Shown one piece after another: positions 25,446 through 55,279 of a stretch of 64,000 nt of DNA (positions are counted from its first letter, which is position 1; the number at the start of each line of letters is the position of its first letter). Origin of the DNA: Amoebidium appalachense (Eukaryota > Protista > Ichthyosporea); assembly GCA_963693365.1 (NCBI GenBank), contig CAVNZM010000012.1, positions 124,001 through 188,000 on the forward strand, given 5' to 3'. Below the pieces are notes generated by a model. It had not been told where the DNA came from, ran no database searches, and saw nothing but the letters and a program-made list of their open reading frames with translations. The translations under genes were made by a program, and so were the position numbers.

Positions 25446-27260
25446 TTGAATGGCTAGTGCAAAATATCCGTCTTCGAGGTCGAAACTGAAAGCGTGGTCA
25501 CCCGGCTGCGCGAGCGCCCGCAAATCGCTGAGGGTTTCGTACTTGATACCACGTGCGACGGCGTATTCATTCACAGGACGCATATCAATAATGAGCCGGA
25601 CGTTTCCGTTGGGCTTCCGCAGCCCAAAAGACTTCGAAACACACCATTTTGCGCTTTCAGGCACTGTCTCGAGGGCCCCCTTACTCACTAACCGTTCAAC
25701 TTCCACTGCCGCTTCTGCCTCTGAAACTTCGCCGATATCCAGATAGCCACCTGCATCAAAAGGGGCAGGACGCGCACTCTTCCATTCTGGTGTGATGCCG
25801 TACTTAATCCAGAACAAAACTTCTTTAGACGCACCCCCACGCTCCCACTCATCTACACAGGCACGGTTCCGCAAGTATTTCCAAATTCGTGTGGGGGGAC
25901 AACTCTTCCAGTACACGGTGCTTCCCTTCGGTTACTCCCTCAGTCCCTACTTTTTCATGCGCCTTATGCGCGAGTTCGCGCGTCGGTTACGTGCACGCGG
26001 CATCCGTTCGTTGGTTTTCCTCGATGACTGGGCCATCTTCGAACAGGCGGCACGGGCACTCGACACACGCGGGGTGGTGGAGCAGGAATTGAAAGTCACC
26101 GGCCTTACGAAGCATCCGAATAAGGCTCATTGGGACCCAGTGAGTGCCCTCGACCATTTAGGCATCCACATAAATTTGGAGGAAGGGTATTTGTCTCCCA
26201 CATTGGCGTCTTTGGAAAAATTATCGGGGGAAACACGTTCTTTAATGGCTAAGGCGCGCAAAACACGGCGGTGGGTGGAAAAGAAGCAGGTGGCTAGATG
26301 GCTAGGGTTGGTTGTTAGTTTGCGTGCGGCGGTGCCTCATGTACTCACGGTTGTCCGGCCGGTGTATGGTGCTCTACGCGGCGGGAACTGGCGTAGCTTT
26401 GTGCGGTTAACGGGTCGGCAGCTACGCATTATCGGTAAAACCATGGGTATAATAGGTCGGCTTCCCCGCACGGAAATCTGGCCTGAGCCTATCACGGCCA
26501 CTCTCATCACAGATGCTGCCACCTCACACGGGTGGGGGGCAGTACTACAGTTGGGCCTACCAACCCCGCAGGTTGTGGAGGCTTTCGGTCGTTGGGCGGA
26601 GAGCGATGCACCGCGGGCGGCTGCAGTGGCGGAGTGCGAGGGCCTACTCGAGGCCTACCGCAGGCCCGAAATGCAGGCCCTAATCCAACGTCAGCGCGTA
26701 TGCTGGCAGTCAGACACCCAGGCCGCGTTGGGGCGCGGTGCGCAAAAAGGGCAGCAGCAACCCCGCCATGCAGCGAGTGCTATGGCAACTGCTGCAGTTG
26801 TGTTTGGAAAAGGGGCTCCCCTGGCCCCAAGAGCTGTCATACATTCCGGGCGAAGTGAACGACCGTGCGGATTGGTTGCCGCGGATTGATCCCCGCCACG
26901 AGTGGTCGGTTACCCCTGCGGGGGTCGAGCGTATCGAGCAGACACTCGGATTGCACACGGCGGTGGATCGGTTTGCTACACCCGTGACAGCAGTCAAACC
27001 CACGTTTCACACATGGACCGCGGTGGTCCCCGTGAGCGGTGGGCAGGACGGGCTTGCCGCCGCATGGCAGGCCCCCAGCTGGTGGGCGCCACCGTTTCCG
27101 TTGATCAAGCGGACAGTGGCGAAGATTCAGCGGGAATGTGCGCAGGGAATATTAGTGGTCCCGGTGTGGGACACCGCCTTATGGTGGCCGGTGGTGCAAG
27201 GGATGGCACAGGCCCACACGGACCTAGCCCCCGAAGAAGTGGTGTTTAGGGTTTAGGGTT
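25446..27260 (+). mobile_element. DIRS-type (tyrosine-recombinase retrotransposon) pol fragment: RT, RNase H and Dam-like methyltransferase. The 5' part (25446-25860) is inverted
   Basis: Minus strand: W..GGASKEVLFWIKYG, RLIIDMR, DLEDGYFALAIQ. Plus strand continues ARFRKYFQ, LPFGYSLSP, FLDD, then RNase H (TDAA...GWG, SDT, NDRAD) and MTase (DRFA, WAPPF). One +1 frameshift near 26731. No gag or recombinase seen. Confidence 0.92.
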
Positions 27261-27387
27261 AACAGAAATAAAATACAATAAGTTCTTATCAGGCAAGAGA
27301 GCCAGGTGTGCACAGATCTACAGATATCTGTGCTCACAGAAACAAGGGAGAGAGAGATACGGGGGGGGGGGGGGGGGGGGGGGGGGG

Positions 27388-27468
<81 letters not shown>

Positions 27469-27867
27469 TCAGAGCACAAAGAAGGAAAGCAGACATGAAT
27501 ACAAACAAGCTAAGACACATACATACTTCAAGGCTCTTGCTGTCATACATGGTGACGTATTCCAACACAGATAGCAACAACATATCTAAATACTTCGCTT
27601 GATTCATCAAGCTCTATTTAGAGATGTATTTAGGCCAACTGATTGGTTGGAATAGGGTTCCAACAATCAGTGGCCACTAGGGAGCCGACTATGGTATATA
27701 GGCGGCCACTCGTTCTACTCGTCTTAGCTTTGTTTCCCCGTCGGCCCCTACTTAGCCCCACCCACCCGCCCGCGCTGTGTTGCATTTCCCCGTCTTTAGC
27801 TAGTCTCTTGCTGATTGGCTACGGCACACACACACACACAGACACACACCCACATGCACACATACAT

Positions 27868-27947
<80 letters not shown>

Positions 27948-28210
27948 ACACACACGTACACAAACACACGCCCACGCATTGAGGGTAGTGGAGGGGGAGG
28001 ATAGGGTAGAGGGGTTTTCTTCGTGCGGTGTGTTTATTTGGATTTTGTTCGTAGAGAGGCAGTGCATGCCATGGTATGTGTACGTTTCTGATGATCGTGT
28101 CCAGTGGGCACTTGGCTGAGCCGAGCCAATAAGCAAATCGAAGCAACAACATATCTAAATCTACGATGACTGGGGCACCATACCTCCGTGACCACGGCCC
28201 TCTGAACACA

Positions 28211-29523
28211 CCGTGACTCCAGACTACAGATCTACAAAATAGACTGACTGACGGCGTGGTCTGTCCGATCCTTGCCGGGATCACCAATAGTGTCGGGATA
28301 TCCGCCAATCCGGATATTCTTTCCCACCGTACACCCCCCCCCCCCCCGGAGAAAGCTTCGTCCCTGAAGCTTACCGGAAAGTTGTTGTTGTGTTGCCATC
28401 TTGTTTTTTTTGGCGTGTGTGCTTTTGTGCACTTAGTATTCTTTCTACTTGCAACTAATTCTGTTCAATGCAATGGAAGTGGCGAGTGCGGTTTTTGTAC
28501 AGGGAGTCGCACTGTTCCCTGGGTTTCGAGGAGGGAAACACTCTCAGAAAACTTCTCAGGGCGCTTTTACATTTCCTAAGCCCTATGTGTGCTTGTGTGC
28601 ACGGACAAACCATATGGTTACTAGCTCAGCTAGCCACCAGAGAGCGGGTGTGTATGCGATTTTACGGCTTGTCTCTTGTATGTATGACTCATTCCATGTG
28701 TTGTGTCCGTGGTAATGGCTGACTGAGTGCAGGCAGGCATGTGGAACGGACATTTGTGCTTTCAGTGAAGCAGTGCACGTGAATTCAAGCGTGCAGTGGT
28801 TGTTGCGTTCGCACCTAACACTTTACATGTCGCGCCTTTACATTTGCATCGTTAAGTCATTGGAAGTTGCACGTTTTGTTTGTGCATACAGGGAGGCGCC
28901 AGTTGGGGTCGTCCTTCACAGCTGCGTAACGCTTTTGTGCGTTTGTAAGACTTCTCTTGCCTTTTCAACGCTCCTGCAAGTACATTTCATGCAAAGCATC
29001 AGTTGTTCACGCAACAATACAATGTGCTGGCATGGTTTTGTATGTACTCATTGTAAACATTATTCAACCAGCTATTTTCGTTTTTGCATGTGCATGTGTC
29101 TCGTGCGATTCTCGTTTTGTAGGTGCACGTATCTCGTGCGTGACCGTACTGTATAACGTCATGCAGTTATTGCAGTAGGCCGTGTATAGTGGAATGGTCA
29201 GTTAGTGCAGAGTGCTCATGTGTAAGCAGAGAGATCGAGTGCTGTAGCCATTTTGAAGTGCAGATCTTGAGGTCGTTGGTGTAGAAGCGTCTCTTGGCGT
29301 TGTTGCTGGGCGGTGTGTCGTCACGTAGGGTGGGCGGGTAGGAGTGAGGTTGCAGAACCTTTCCATTTATACTCTGGCTACCATCAACTATGGAGAGACT
29401 ATGATCCTATCTCCGTGACTCCAGACTACAGACTGACCGACACCGCGGTCTGTCCGATCCTTTATTGCCGGGATAATCAAGAGTGTCGGGATATCCGCCA
29501 ATCCGGATATATATATTCCGACA
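28211..29523 (+). repeat. Two ~105-bp imperfect direct repeats (28211-28317, 29413-29510) rich in hairpins
   Basis: Both copies share ccgtgactccagactacaga...ggtctgtccgatcctt...gccgggat...agtgtcgggatatccgccaatccggatat. Confidence 0.8.
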
Positions 29524-30083
29524 TCGAGAAGTCATCCGACTGAAGTAGAAAAGGCAGCAAAATAGATACGAAGAAAAGTGGAAACAAGGTTACCTTTGTG
29601 GCGAAAGCATACCAGCCTCAGGTGTGTGATGGAAGCCAACAGTAGTGTAATTTGCTGATATTGCGTCAGGCTCTGTTGTGCGCCTTATGCGTTTGCAACA
29701 AGTGCACTGAGACTGAGAGTAATCGTATCATCTTCAACTTCAACTCGTATGAGCATTGAGGCATTGAGTGACACACAAACGACCAATAGGTCTACGCCAA
29801 AGACAATTTTTTACATACTTTAAAAAATCTAGATGACGGTCACCACTGAGCACTTGGGATCAAGACTTCAAAAGTGTGGCACTCATTTCCACCCTTGCCA
29901 GCTAAGTGTAGTTGTAGCCACATGCGAAAAGACGAAATACAACCTGTGACCAAACTATAGCACATGTGTGGCACCGCAAAGCATATACACACAGCATACA
30001 AGAAGACGACACTCTAGAACTTGTTATTCCGATCCTTTCCTTTCTCGACCATTTCACATTTCGATTGCGACGGGCCAGTCAAC

Positions 30084-30338
30084 ATGGACTGTTCCCAGCT
30101 CCCATCTACACCCACCATGCCCACTATGCCCATGGGTACGAATACAAAACCACAAGTATCAGTTGCCACCCAACAGACACAATGCAGCCATGGCAGTGAT
30201 GGGGAGCTGAGCCTTCTTCACCAACAAACCTCACATGCAGAGAACGGAGACGTGTTCTATGATGCCATGGATGATGAGGCCTGGGCCATGGCCTTTGCGG
30301 ACTTCTTTGCTGGAAGGGGCACGAAGAGGTTTTACTGA
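30084..30338 (+). CDS. Possible small orphan protein (84 aa)
   Basis: ORF in non-repetitive sequence, ending DVFYDAMDDEAWAMAFADFFAGRGTKRFY*. No domain recognised. Confidence 0.3.
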   Translation: MDCSQLPSTPTMPTMPMGTNTKPQVSVATQQTQCSHGSDGELSLLHQQTSHAENGDVFYDAMDDEAWAMAFADFFAGRGTKRFY

Positions 30339-30800
30339 TGTGTGGCCGAGAGATGAGTAAAGGAAGTGAGAGCAACGCAAAATACGAAATGCACGAAGAT
30401 CCAGTGTTTTTTAGGCCGGGTGTTTTGTCTGGGCCCGGCGACTCTTTTGGACACTCAACATGTGGACGTCAATCAGATTCTGTAGAAATCGATGCTCCGT
30501 TTAAATTTACATTCCGAGCAACACGTACGACTTGGCACACCTGGCAGGACCTGTGTGTTTTTTCTTTTTAGTTTTTTGGTTTATTTTGAATGGCAATTAT
30601 TGTGTGATAGTACATACTGTACAGATGCACCGGTGGGTGACAGGCTGGCTGGACTTGCGTTTGCATACTCACCTTAAAAGTGACTAATAGAAAAATCATG
30701 GCCTCAACTGTTGACATTCTCACGTGTACATGTGTAGGTAGTATTGCAGAGACACACAAACCTGCAGTAGGGGGTGTATGGGTGGGTGGGTGGATCTTGT

Positions 30801-30859
<59 letters not shown>

Positions 30860-31755
30860 GTAAAATACATGGGAGCGTTTTAAATTCTCCCCCCCCCCCC
30901 CCCCCCCCTCCCCCCCTCCCCCCGTTTCTTGGTACAGCAGTGACGTAGTTTGATTAGCTGGCCCACACAACCGCACACGCAGGCATGCACAACCGCTATT
31001 CAACTACCTGAAGCTCCCCCCTCCGCCCCCTCGGCCTCCCCCCTCCCCCTGCCCCCCCTCTGGGCTCAGGAATGTTTCTCTTTGCATTGTGATTAAACTT
31101 TTGCGGTACCGTACACACACCGTGATGTATATACGTATGATAAATCGAGGTCAGTATACATATGCAAAATGGTGCAAAATGTTGCTTACTGTATTGGGTT
31201 GGTGCCTCATGTCGTTTCGCAGCACAGAAAGGCCGATCCTCCTAGCTTGCCTGCTGGCACAAAGTCATGCAATGAACACAGGCGGATGGGCGTACCACAT
31301 TATGGCACACTTGGAAGTATCGGCTGGGCCCCCGGGAACACATATGACTTCAATTAACTTTAATTTAAGTTAGATGTGTCAACCGTCTTGACATTGCAGG
31401 CTAGACATAGCATTAGGTGAGAACGAAAACATTGATCCAATCATCTGCGGGTGACCGGTCAAACCCCAATGCCCCTACCAGGTCAACCACTCATTCAAGC
31501 ACATAGAGAACTCAAAGGCCAAGTAAATCTATACTAAAAAATAACAAAAAGAAAGGGTCCTAACACCATGAGAGTGGGTTTAAAGCATGTCGCCGAAAGT
31601 ACCAATGTACACAAGCATGCCAAAAGAAACATTGAAATTTAAAAGATAAAAATTAAATCTCAGATAAAAAACTACGTGCATGGGATACCATGCAGCAGTA
31701 TGTTCACATGGATGCATGTGTGTGCATGTTCGGGTGGCCTCTACAGATAATGCAG

Positions 31756-31792
<37 letters not shown>

Positions 31793-32093
31793 ACCACCAC
31801 CACCACCACCACCACCACCACCACCCGCGCCACCACCACCACCACCACGCTCAGACACACACGCACACACACGCTCGTTACACACTCACATTCACACACT
31901 GTGTGGCATGCACACACCCTCCACACATCGACTACTTGTGCGAACAGTGCACAGACAGGCACGCAATTACACTCGTGACTGCTAGACTTTTCACCTTACT
32001 TCACAACACACAAGCCACCAACCAAATCACTGTGCACGTGCCTGCAGCCACTAGGAATCAACCGCTGATCACGTGCACATTCCTTCCAGCACT

Positions 32094-40522
<8,429 letters not shown>

Positions 40523-41208
40523 CCTGCCTGCTTCTGCACGTATGTGTGGTGCTTGGGTGTCTGCCTGCACGCAACCTGGGGGGAAAGAGGGTAGGACCGT
40601 TGGAGGACAGGACGGAAGCAAGAGGGTTGTGAAAGTTTCAAGTTTTGCTCAACGCCGGTTTTGTTTTTGCTTTTTCCGTGGCCGCGGGGGCTGCGGGGGC
40701 TGGACTGCAGCCAATCAAAAAGCAATAATGCTATGATTGGTTGGCTGGGCGCAAAGAGCAACAAACTGGTGCCAGGCCAGATTGCTATTGGCTCACTAAT
40801 GCGGACTAGCCATATAAGGCTTTTTGGCGGGAAAACGTTGGCCAAGGAGGCCTTACAAGACCTCTTCCGCGGCAGTCGCCGGCGAGCGGCCGCCAAACCC
40901 ACCGGTTCAAATTATCAAGATATAATAGAAGCAAAACAACGCAAGCAAAAGAAAGCGAGAGGGAGAAACCTGTATTCTGTAGTATATACACAACTTACAG
41001 CTGGTCGCAGGCGACAGTGGACACCCACCCTCTGAAACGGGCGCTGATTAGCCATATTTGGCAGGCAAGATGCGCATACCACAGTGTAACACATTCCACT
41101 GCCACATTCCACACAAACAAAATAAAACACCGTGATGATTCTGAACTGAGAAGCCTTAGGGCAGAGCTTGAATATATACCGTAGAGAAAGAGAGAGCTAG
41201 AGTTAGGG
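40523..41208. promoter_or_regulatory. Bidirectional promoter region between AMACR and PICK1, with CCAAT boxes and an E2F-like site TTTGGCGGGAAA (40823-40834)
   Basis: Head-to-head ATGs ~690 bp apart. CCAAT/ATTGG near 40711, 40736 and 40787. The region is free of low-complexity tracts. Confidence 0.6.
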
Positions 41209-49787
<8,579 letters not shown>

Positions 49788-50609
49788 AACCATGTCTGGT
49801 GCTGTTGTGTGGTCTATGTAAATTTCTCGTTTCCTCCTCTTTCTTCCGTCAAACCCCTCTGTCCGTGGCCCATGACATGCACATCGTTCATGCGTGTGTT
49901 CAGCAGTGGTGTGCACACGGACACCCATGTGTGCAGACTCACAAACACACGCGCGTGCGGCGCACACGCATGCACACGAATACACACACGCACACACACA
50001 CGTGCGCGCGCGCGCGCGAAACACACAAACGCATGCTTACACACACTGGCGCGCATGCGCTCAACAAGAAGCACACGTAGTCAGACACACGTACATAGGT
50101 TCTCACTCACCATAATGCGCTTGCAACCCATGATTAGACATAATTGCCTGTGTGCCTGTGTCTTTAGGTGCTTTATCCTTTCCTGCCAATTATGCTTTAA
50201 TAGTTGTTTTTTCTATCCTGCATTGACATTTGTATTGCCTCTTTGATTGGTTAAAAGGGATTCCGACGGAGGGCATACCATTGGCTAATACACACCCTTT
50301 GTTTTAAACTTAAAATTAGTCTGCTACACACCCTTGGGCTAAATCTGGTGCAATTATAGGCACTATTACATAATACCTGCGTGTACCTTGTACTATGAAT
50401 CAGCATCATAGCTTGTATCACCTGTGTACGTATCGCCATGTATAGTTATTGGTAGTTGTGGCTGTTAAAATATCATGCATGCACGGGGACCTTCCTATTG
50501 ATCAATAAACCACTCTTTTGCAAAAGATAGTACTGGGTGGGTGCATGTATTCCTACTTTTTTATTTGCTTTATAAATTATAAAACATTGTGGGGCTGGCA
50601 GAGACTCCG

Positions 50610-50648
<39 letters not shown>

Positions 50649-50965
50649 AGCAACGCTTTGTGTGTAGACATGCAAGTTTTCAGGGTTATTGCTTTTGGGA
50701 CGATTATCTGCTATGTACATCATTAAACGTTTTGGACTAATATTAGTTATTCGTTTAATTCCCTCCAACTTGGCAATCATAATAACACACGCAGAGAGAG
50801 AACAAAGAGTGGTGCACGTTCACGTGCTTGCAATCGCGCTGAGGCACGCCCTAGCACACATGTAGGTACACACAAGTGCACTACACACACATACACACAC
50901 ATACACACACACACAAACGTTGACACACACACACACACACACACATACACACACACACAAACGTT

Positions 50966-51002
<37 letters not shown>

Positions 51003-51096
51003 CCGCGGGCGCCCACGCGGACGTCACGCAAACAGGCACGCTTGCGCACTTGCGCGCGCACACACAACACACAACACATACGTGGCACATACGCAC

Positions 51097-51479
51097 CTGA
51101 ATTTTTTAATCGAAAGCATGTTGATAGGTGTGAGTTTTTATGTCGTGTTTTGCCTCTCTCCCTACGGGTGTCTGCTACGCTGGCTGGCAATGTGAACACT
51201 TTAGACTTTTTGTTGAATTCTGTTGGTCGTCACATTGAGTATGTATATGATTTTCACACAGTGTTCAGGTATCTCAGTATGCACTTGTTACTGGATAACT
51301 CGTGAAGTTTTGATTGCCTTCTCAGTTTGCCGTGCATACTTGCATATCTTTCCGTCGAATAAATCCAGTCAAAAGAAAAAAATTGACGTTACACTTACAT
51401 CATACAATTTGATATGATATGTGGAGATATAACGTATCAGACATACATCATTTGTGGAGATATAAAGTCTTTATTTTGT

Positions 51480-51523
<44 letters not shown>

Positions 51524-52207
51524 GTAACGTATACAATTAGATAATTCGTTTAAAGAACTGGATGAGTTCATTTACGTATACAACCATAAATTTCGTACAA
51601 AGAACAAGCTACGAGTTCATTTCCGGTTGTACAACCTTACTATAATGATTGATCCTTGCCAGCCAGCAGTCCGCCAACATACTGCGGCGTGCCGCAAACA
51701 CGTGACCTCATCACTTGCAATTACGAACTCAGCAGCTATCGTCGTCGTACTTGTTGTAATACTCCCGGGGGAGAGCGGCCAGAACGGTAATGATGCCCTC
51801 CACGAAGTGTCTGTTGCAATAATACTTGTATTCACCGGGAACCTCGAATATGATATCACAAAGCAAGCCCGGCCTTTCTGTTCCCGTGTTACACCGACCG
51901 GCATTAGCGCTGCTACCTTCTGAGGTAGCTCTTATTTTTCAAGGAGACGCGGACGATACGGAGAGCGGCTGATCACGTGACTCACCTACCTTAAGAAATA
52001 GCGTCGATTTATCGTACATAGGCTTGCGCGGAGGGGTGACTTTGCAGAAGGGTAAAAAATGACCCCTCCGCAGACGGCCCTCCGCAATGCTGTCGTCCCT
52101 AAGCTGACCACAGGGGTGGTGGATCCCCCTCCCCCCCCCCCCCCCCCCCCACCCCACCCCCCCGGGCCCTCCGGGGGAGGGGGACAGACCGTGGGGTGGT
52201 GGGTCCC

Positions 52208-52257
<50 letters not shown>

Positions 52258-53953
52258 GGCGGGGAATCCAACAGGACCCTCCCGCGCCGGCCGCGGCTGC
52301 GTACCCTCTCAAGAGCGGCTTGTCTCTTCCCCCCCCCCCCCTCCCCCCCTCCCCATCCCCCCCCTTCCTCCCCCCCTCTCATCCATCACCATCCCCAACA
52401 TTAAGTTTGTACAAAGTATTCTTCCCTTCCTTTTAACCAAGGCTTCGAAGCAAATCTATTATGCACAACATGTCTCTGGGTGTGGGCGTCTGCAAATTTT
52501 GTGCGGTGTAGACGTGGGACCGTGTGTGTATGTGTCCTTAAGGTGGGTGGGCATTCGGCACTGCTAATCACTGTGGTGGCCTGACAGTGTGTAAGTAAAC
52601 GTCGTGCCACATGTGCAAGCTGTGTGGACGCAATGCGCTTAGCATGTGCAAAATTGCATGGCATTTCACAGGTGTGCTAGAGAAGAGGGTGTGTGCACAC
52701 GTGTGGGTGTCACTGTGCATGTGTGTGTCAGTGCGTGTTTGCCTGTGTGCGCGCTTGTGTGCATATGTGTGCGTGTGTTGTGTATGTGTGTGTATCAGTG
52801 ATTGAGAAAGCTCCCAAATTCTCTGGCACAAATCTGCACGCGCGCATGTGCCTTCCGTGGCATGTGTGTCTGAAATGCCATAATATGCGTGTGTGTTTGT
52901 GAACGTTAACGGTTGTTCAATTGCAAATGATGATCATGGCATGCATGATGGCGCCTGATGCATGGATGAAATTGTGTCAGACAAATAACCGGGGGGCCCG
53001 GGGGGGGGGGGAGGGGGGGGGGGGGGGGGGGGGCTAGGGGGGGCGTGGGGAGGGGGGGGGGGGGGGGGGGGAGGGGGGGGGGGGGGGGGGATAGATAAAG
53101 AGCGCAAAAGAGAGCGCGTGGTGGTGTGATGGTGGTGGTGGGGTGAGGGGGGAGGGGAGGGGGGGGGGGGGGGGGGGGGGGAATAGGGGGAAGCAGGTAG
53201 AGAGGGAAAAGGAATCAGAATGTGTGCCACGGGTGTGCGCGCATCATTATACAGAGAATAGCATATGACCCTACGGCAGTCTGTGATCATGAGCGTATTG
53301 GAGAGCGTGCGCACACGTGTGTGTACCTGCGTGTGCAGGGGTGCTTTACTGTACATTTTCGAGAAAATTAGTGGTCATGAGCAATAAGTCATTGCGGTCT
53401 CCGTATGAGATCTTAAGGGGCGTATGTAGAGAGGGGAGGCTCCAATGGGCCAGCGGTCGTTCTGGGGGTAGGGGAGAAGGGAGGGTGGGGATGCCTAGCT
53501 AGTTAGCAGATCCAATTTGAACCAGGGCCTGATAATTGATACCAGTTAGTGAATGTAGAAATGGTGCCAATGCCAATTTTTTTTCAAGTTGGTGTCTAAT
53601 ATACATACTAATATATATTAGTCATATTTGGGTAGCCCCCACCTCCCCCCGTTCCCTCCCCCCCCCCCCCCCCCCGGGTGGTGGTGGGTCCCCCCCCCCC
53701 CCCCCCTCCCCCCCCCCCCAAACCTACAACTACCCCCCTCCCCGTTTCAAAATCAAAAAAGCCTCCTCTCAGCTGCTCTTGAGAGACCAGGATCAGTTTG
53801 CGTCCGGCGGATCGGATCTACCTTACCGGGTTTTGCCGGGGTGTCTACGTATACATAGACTAAATATATCTACTGGTGGCGATTAGAGCGGGGGAGGGGA
53901 TGGTCCCCATCAAGCTTGTGTGTTGGTGGGTGTTGAGTCAGTGGTGGTGTGCC

Positions 53954-53993
<40 letters not shown>

Positions 53994-54601
53994 GGGGTGG
54001 GAGAGTTGTATACACTGGGACGGGTGGGCCCGGTGTGTGTACACGTGTGTGCGCACGCGTGGGGTGACATGGGGGAGGGGGGGGCGCGGGGGGGGGGGGG
54101 GGGGGGGGAGAGAGAGGGGCGGAGCCGGGGGGCCCGGGGGGGATTACCAACAGCTGAGGGCCATGAAGGGGGTGGACCTATGGAAGTCACGGAGGTCACT
54201 GTGCCAGAGAAAAAAAAAGCCTTGAGGCCCCCGGGGGGGGGGGGGGGGGGGGGGGGGCTCGAGCTCGAAGAGGAGGAAAGGAAGAGAGGATCCGGATGGG
54301 GGGTAATAACGGAAAGGGGTATGTGCATGCAGCCTACTTTAACACTCGTCTGACGATGCCACGGTGAGCACAGGGCGCGCTTGTGTGTGTGTGACATGTG
54401 TGTGTGCCTGTGCGGTTGTGGTTTTCATTGCGGTGTGTGCCAGACTGAGTGTGTGTGCGTATACATGGCGTCACGGTGTTTGTTGTTGTGATGGGGACTC
54501 ATGAAGCCTGGGCGGGGGATGAGGGGGGGGTGGGGGTGGGGTGAGGGGGGTCAGGGATGAGAGACGGGGGGGGGGGGGGGAGGAGGAGCGGGGAAGGAGG
54601 T

Positions 54602-54649
<48 letters not shown>

Positions 54650-54966
54650 GGGGGGAACGACTGGCCGGAGTCGCCAGTGATGATTTTTTGACTGGATTTA
54701 TTCGACGGAAAGATATGCAAGTATGCACGGCATACTGAGAAGACAATAAAAACTTCACGAGTTATCCAGTAACAAGTGCATACTGATGAGATACCTGAAC
54801 ACTGTGTGAAAATCATATAAATACTCAATGTGACGACCAACAGAATTTAACAAAAAGTCTAGAGTGTTCACATTGCCAGCCAGTGTAGCAGACACCCGTA
54901 GGGAAAGAGGTAAAACGCGACATAAAAACTCACACCTATCAACATGCTTTCGATTAAAAAGTTCAG
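51097..54966. repeat. Pair of ~280-bp inverted repeats (51097-51374 and 54686-54966)
   Basis: Near-identical translations appear on opposite strands in the ORF track, e.g. FNRKHVDRCEFLCRVLPLSLRVSATLAGNVNTLDF. Confidence 0.9.
51729..52019 (-). pseudogene. Cupredoxin (plastocyanin/amicyanin-like) domain remnant with an in-frame TGA
   Basis: Hand translation: MYDKSTLFLKVGES...SP*KI...CNTGTERPGLLCDIIFEVPGEYKYYCNRHFVEGIITV. This matches the cupredoxin patterns L.VKVGD and F..PG.Y.YYC..H..G.I.V. Confidence 0.55.
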
Positions 54967-55279
54967 CACAAAAGTGGCACCAGCGGCGATGGAAACAAGA
55001 ATTACAACGCCACTGCAACTTCCCAGGCAATATCAACATCAGAGCACCATACAGACTTTCGTTTTTGAGTTGTTAGTTTTTCTTGTGGCAAACTCGTTCA
55101 ACAGCAATCCCGGGATTGAAGCTCGACTCGGAAAGATATGTATTGATGTACTGTAGGTTGTAATAGTGCTGAAACTCAGACTTAGGGAAAACTGTAACAC
55201 AGTCTAACCTGAAGTGAAAAGGGAATGGGGGTTCAGAGGGTGGTGGGGGGGTCCTTTTTACTGACACCCCCTCCTCTGG

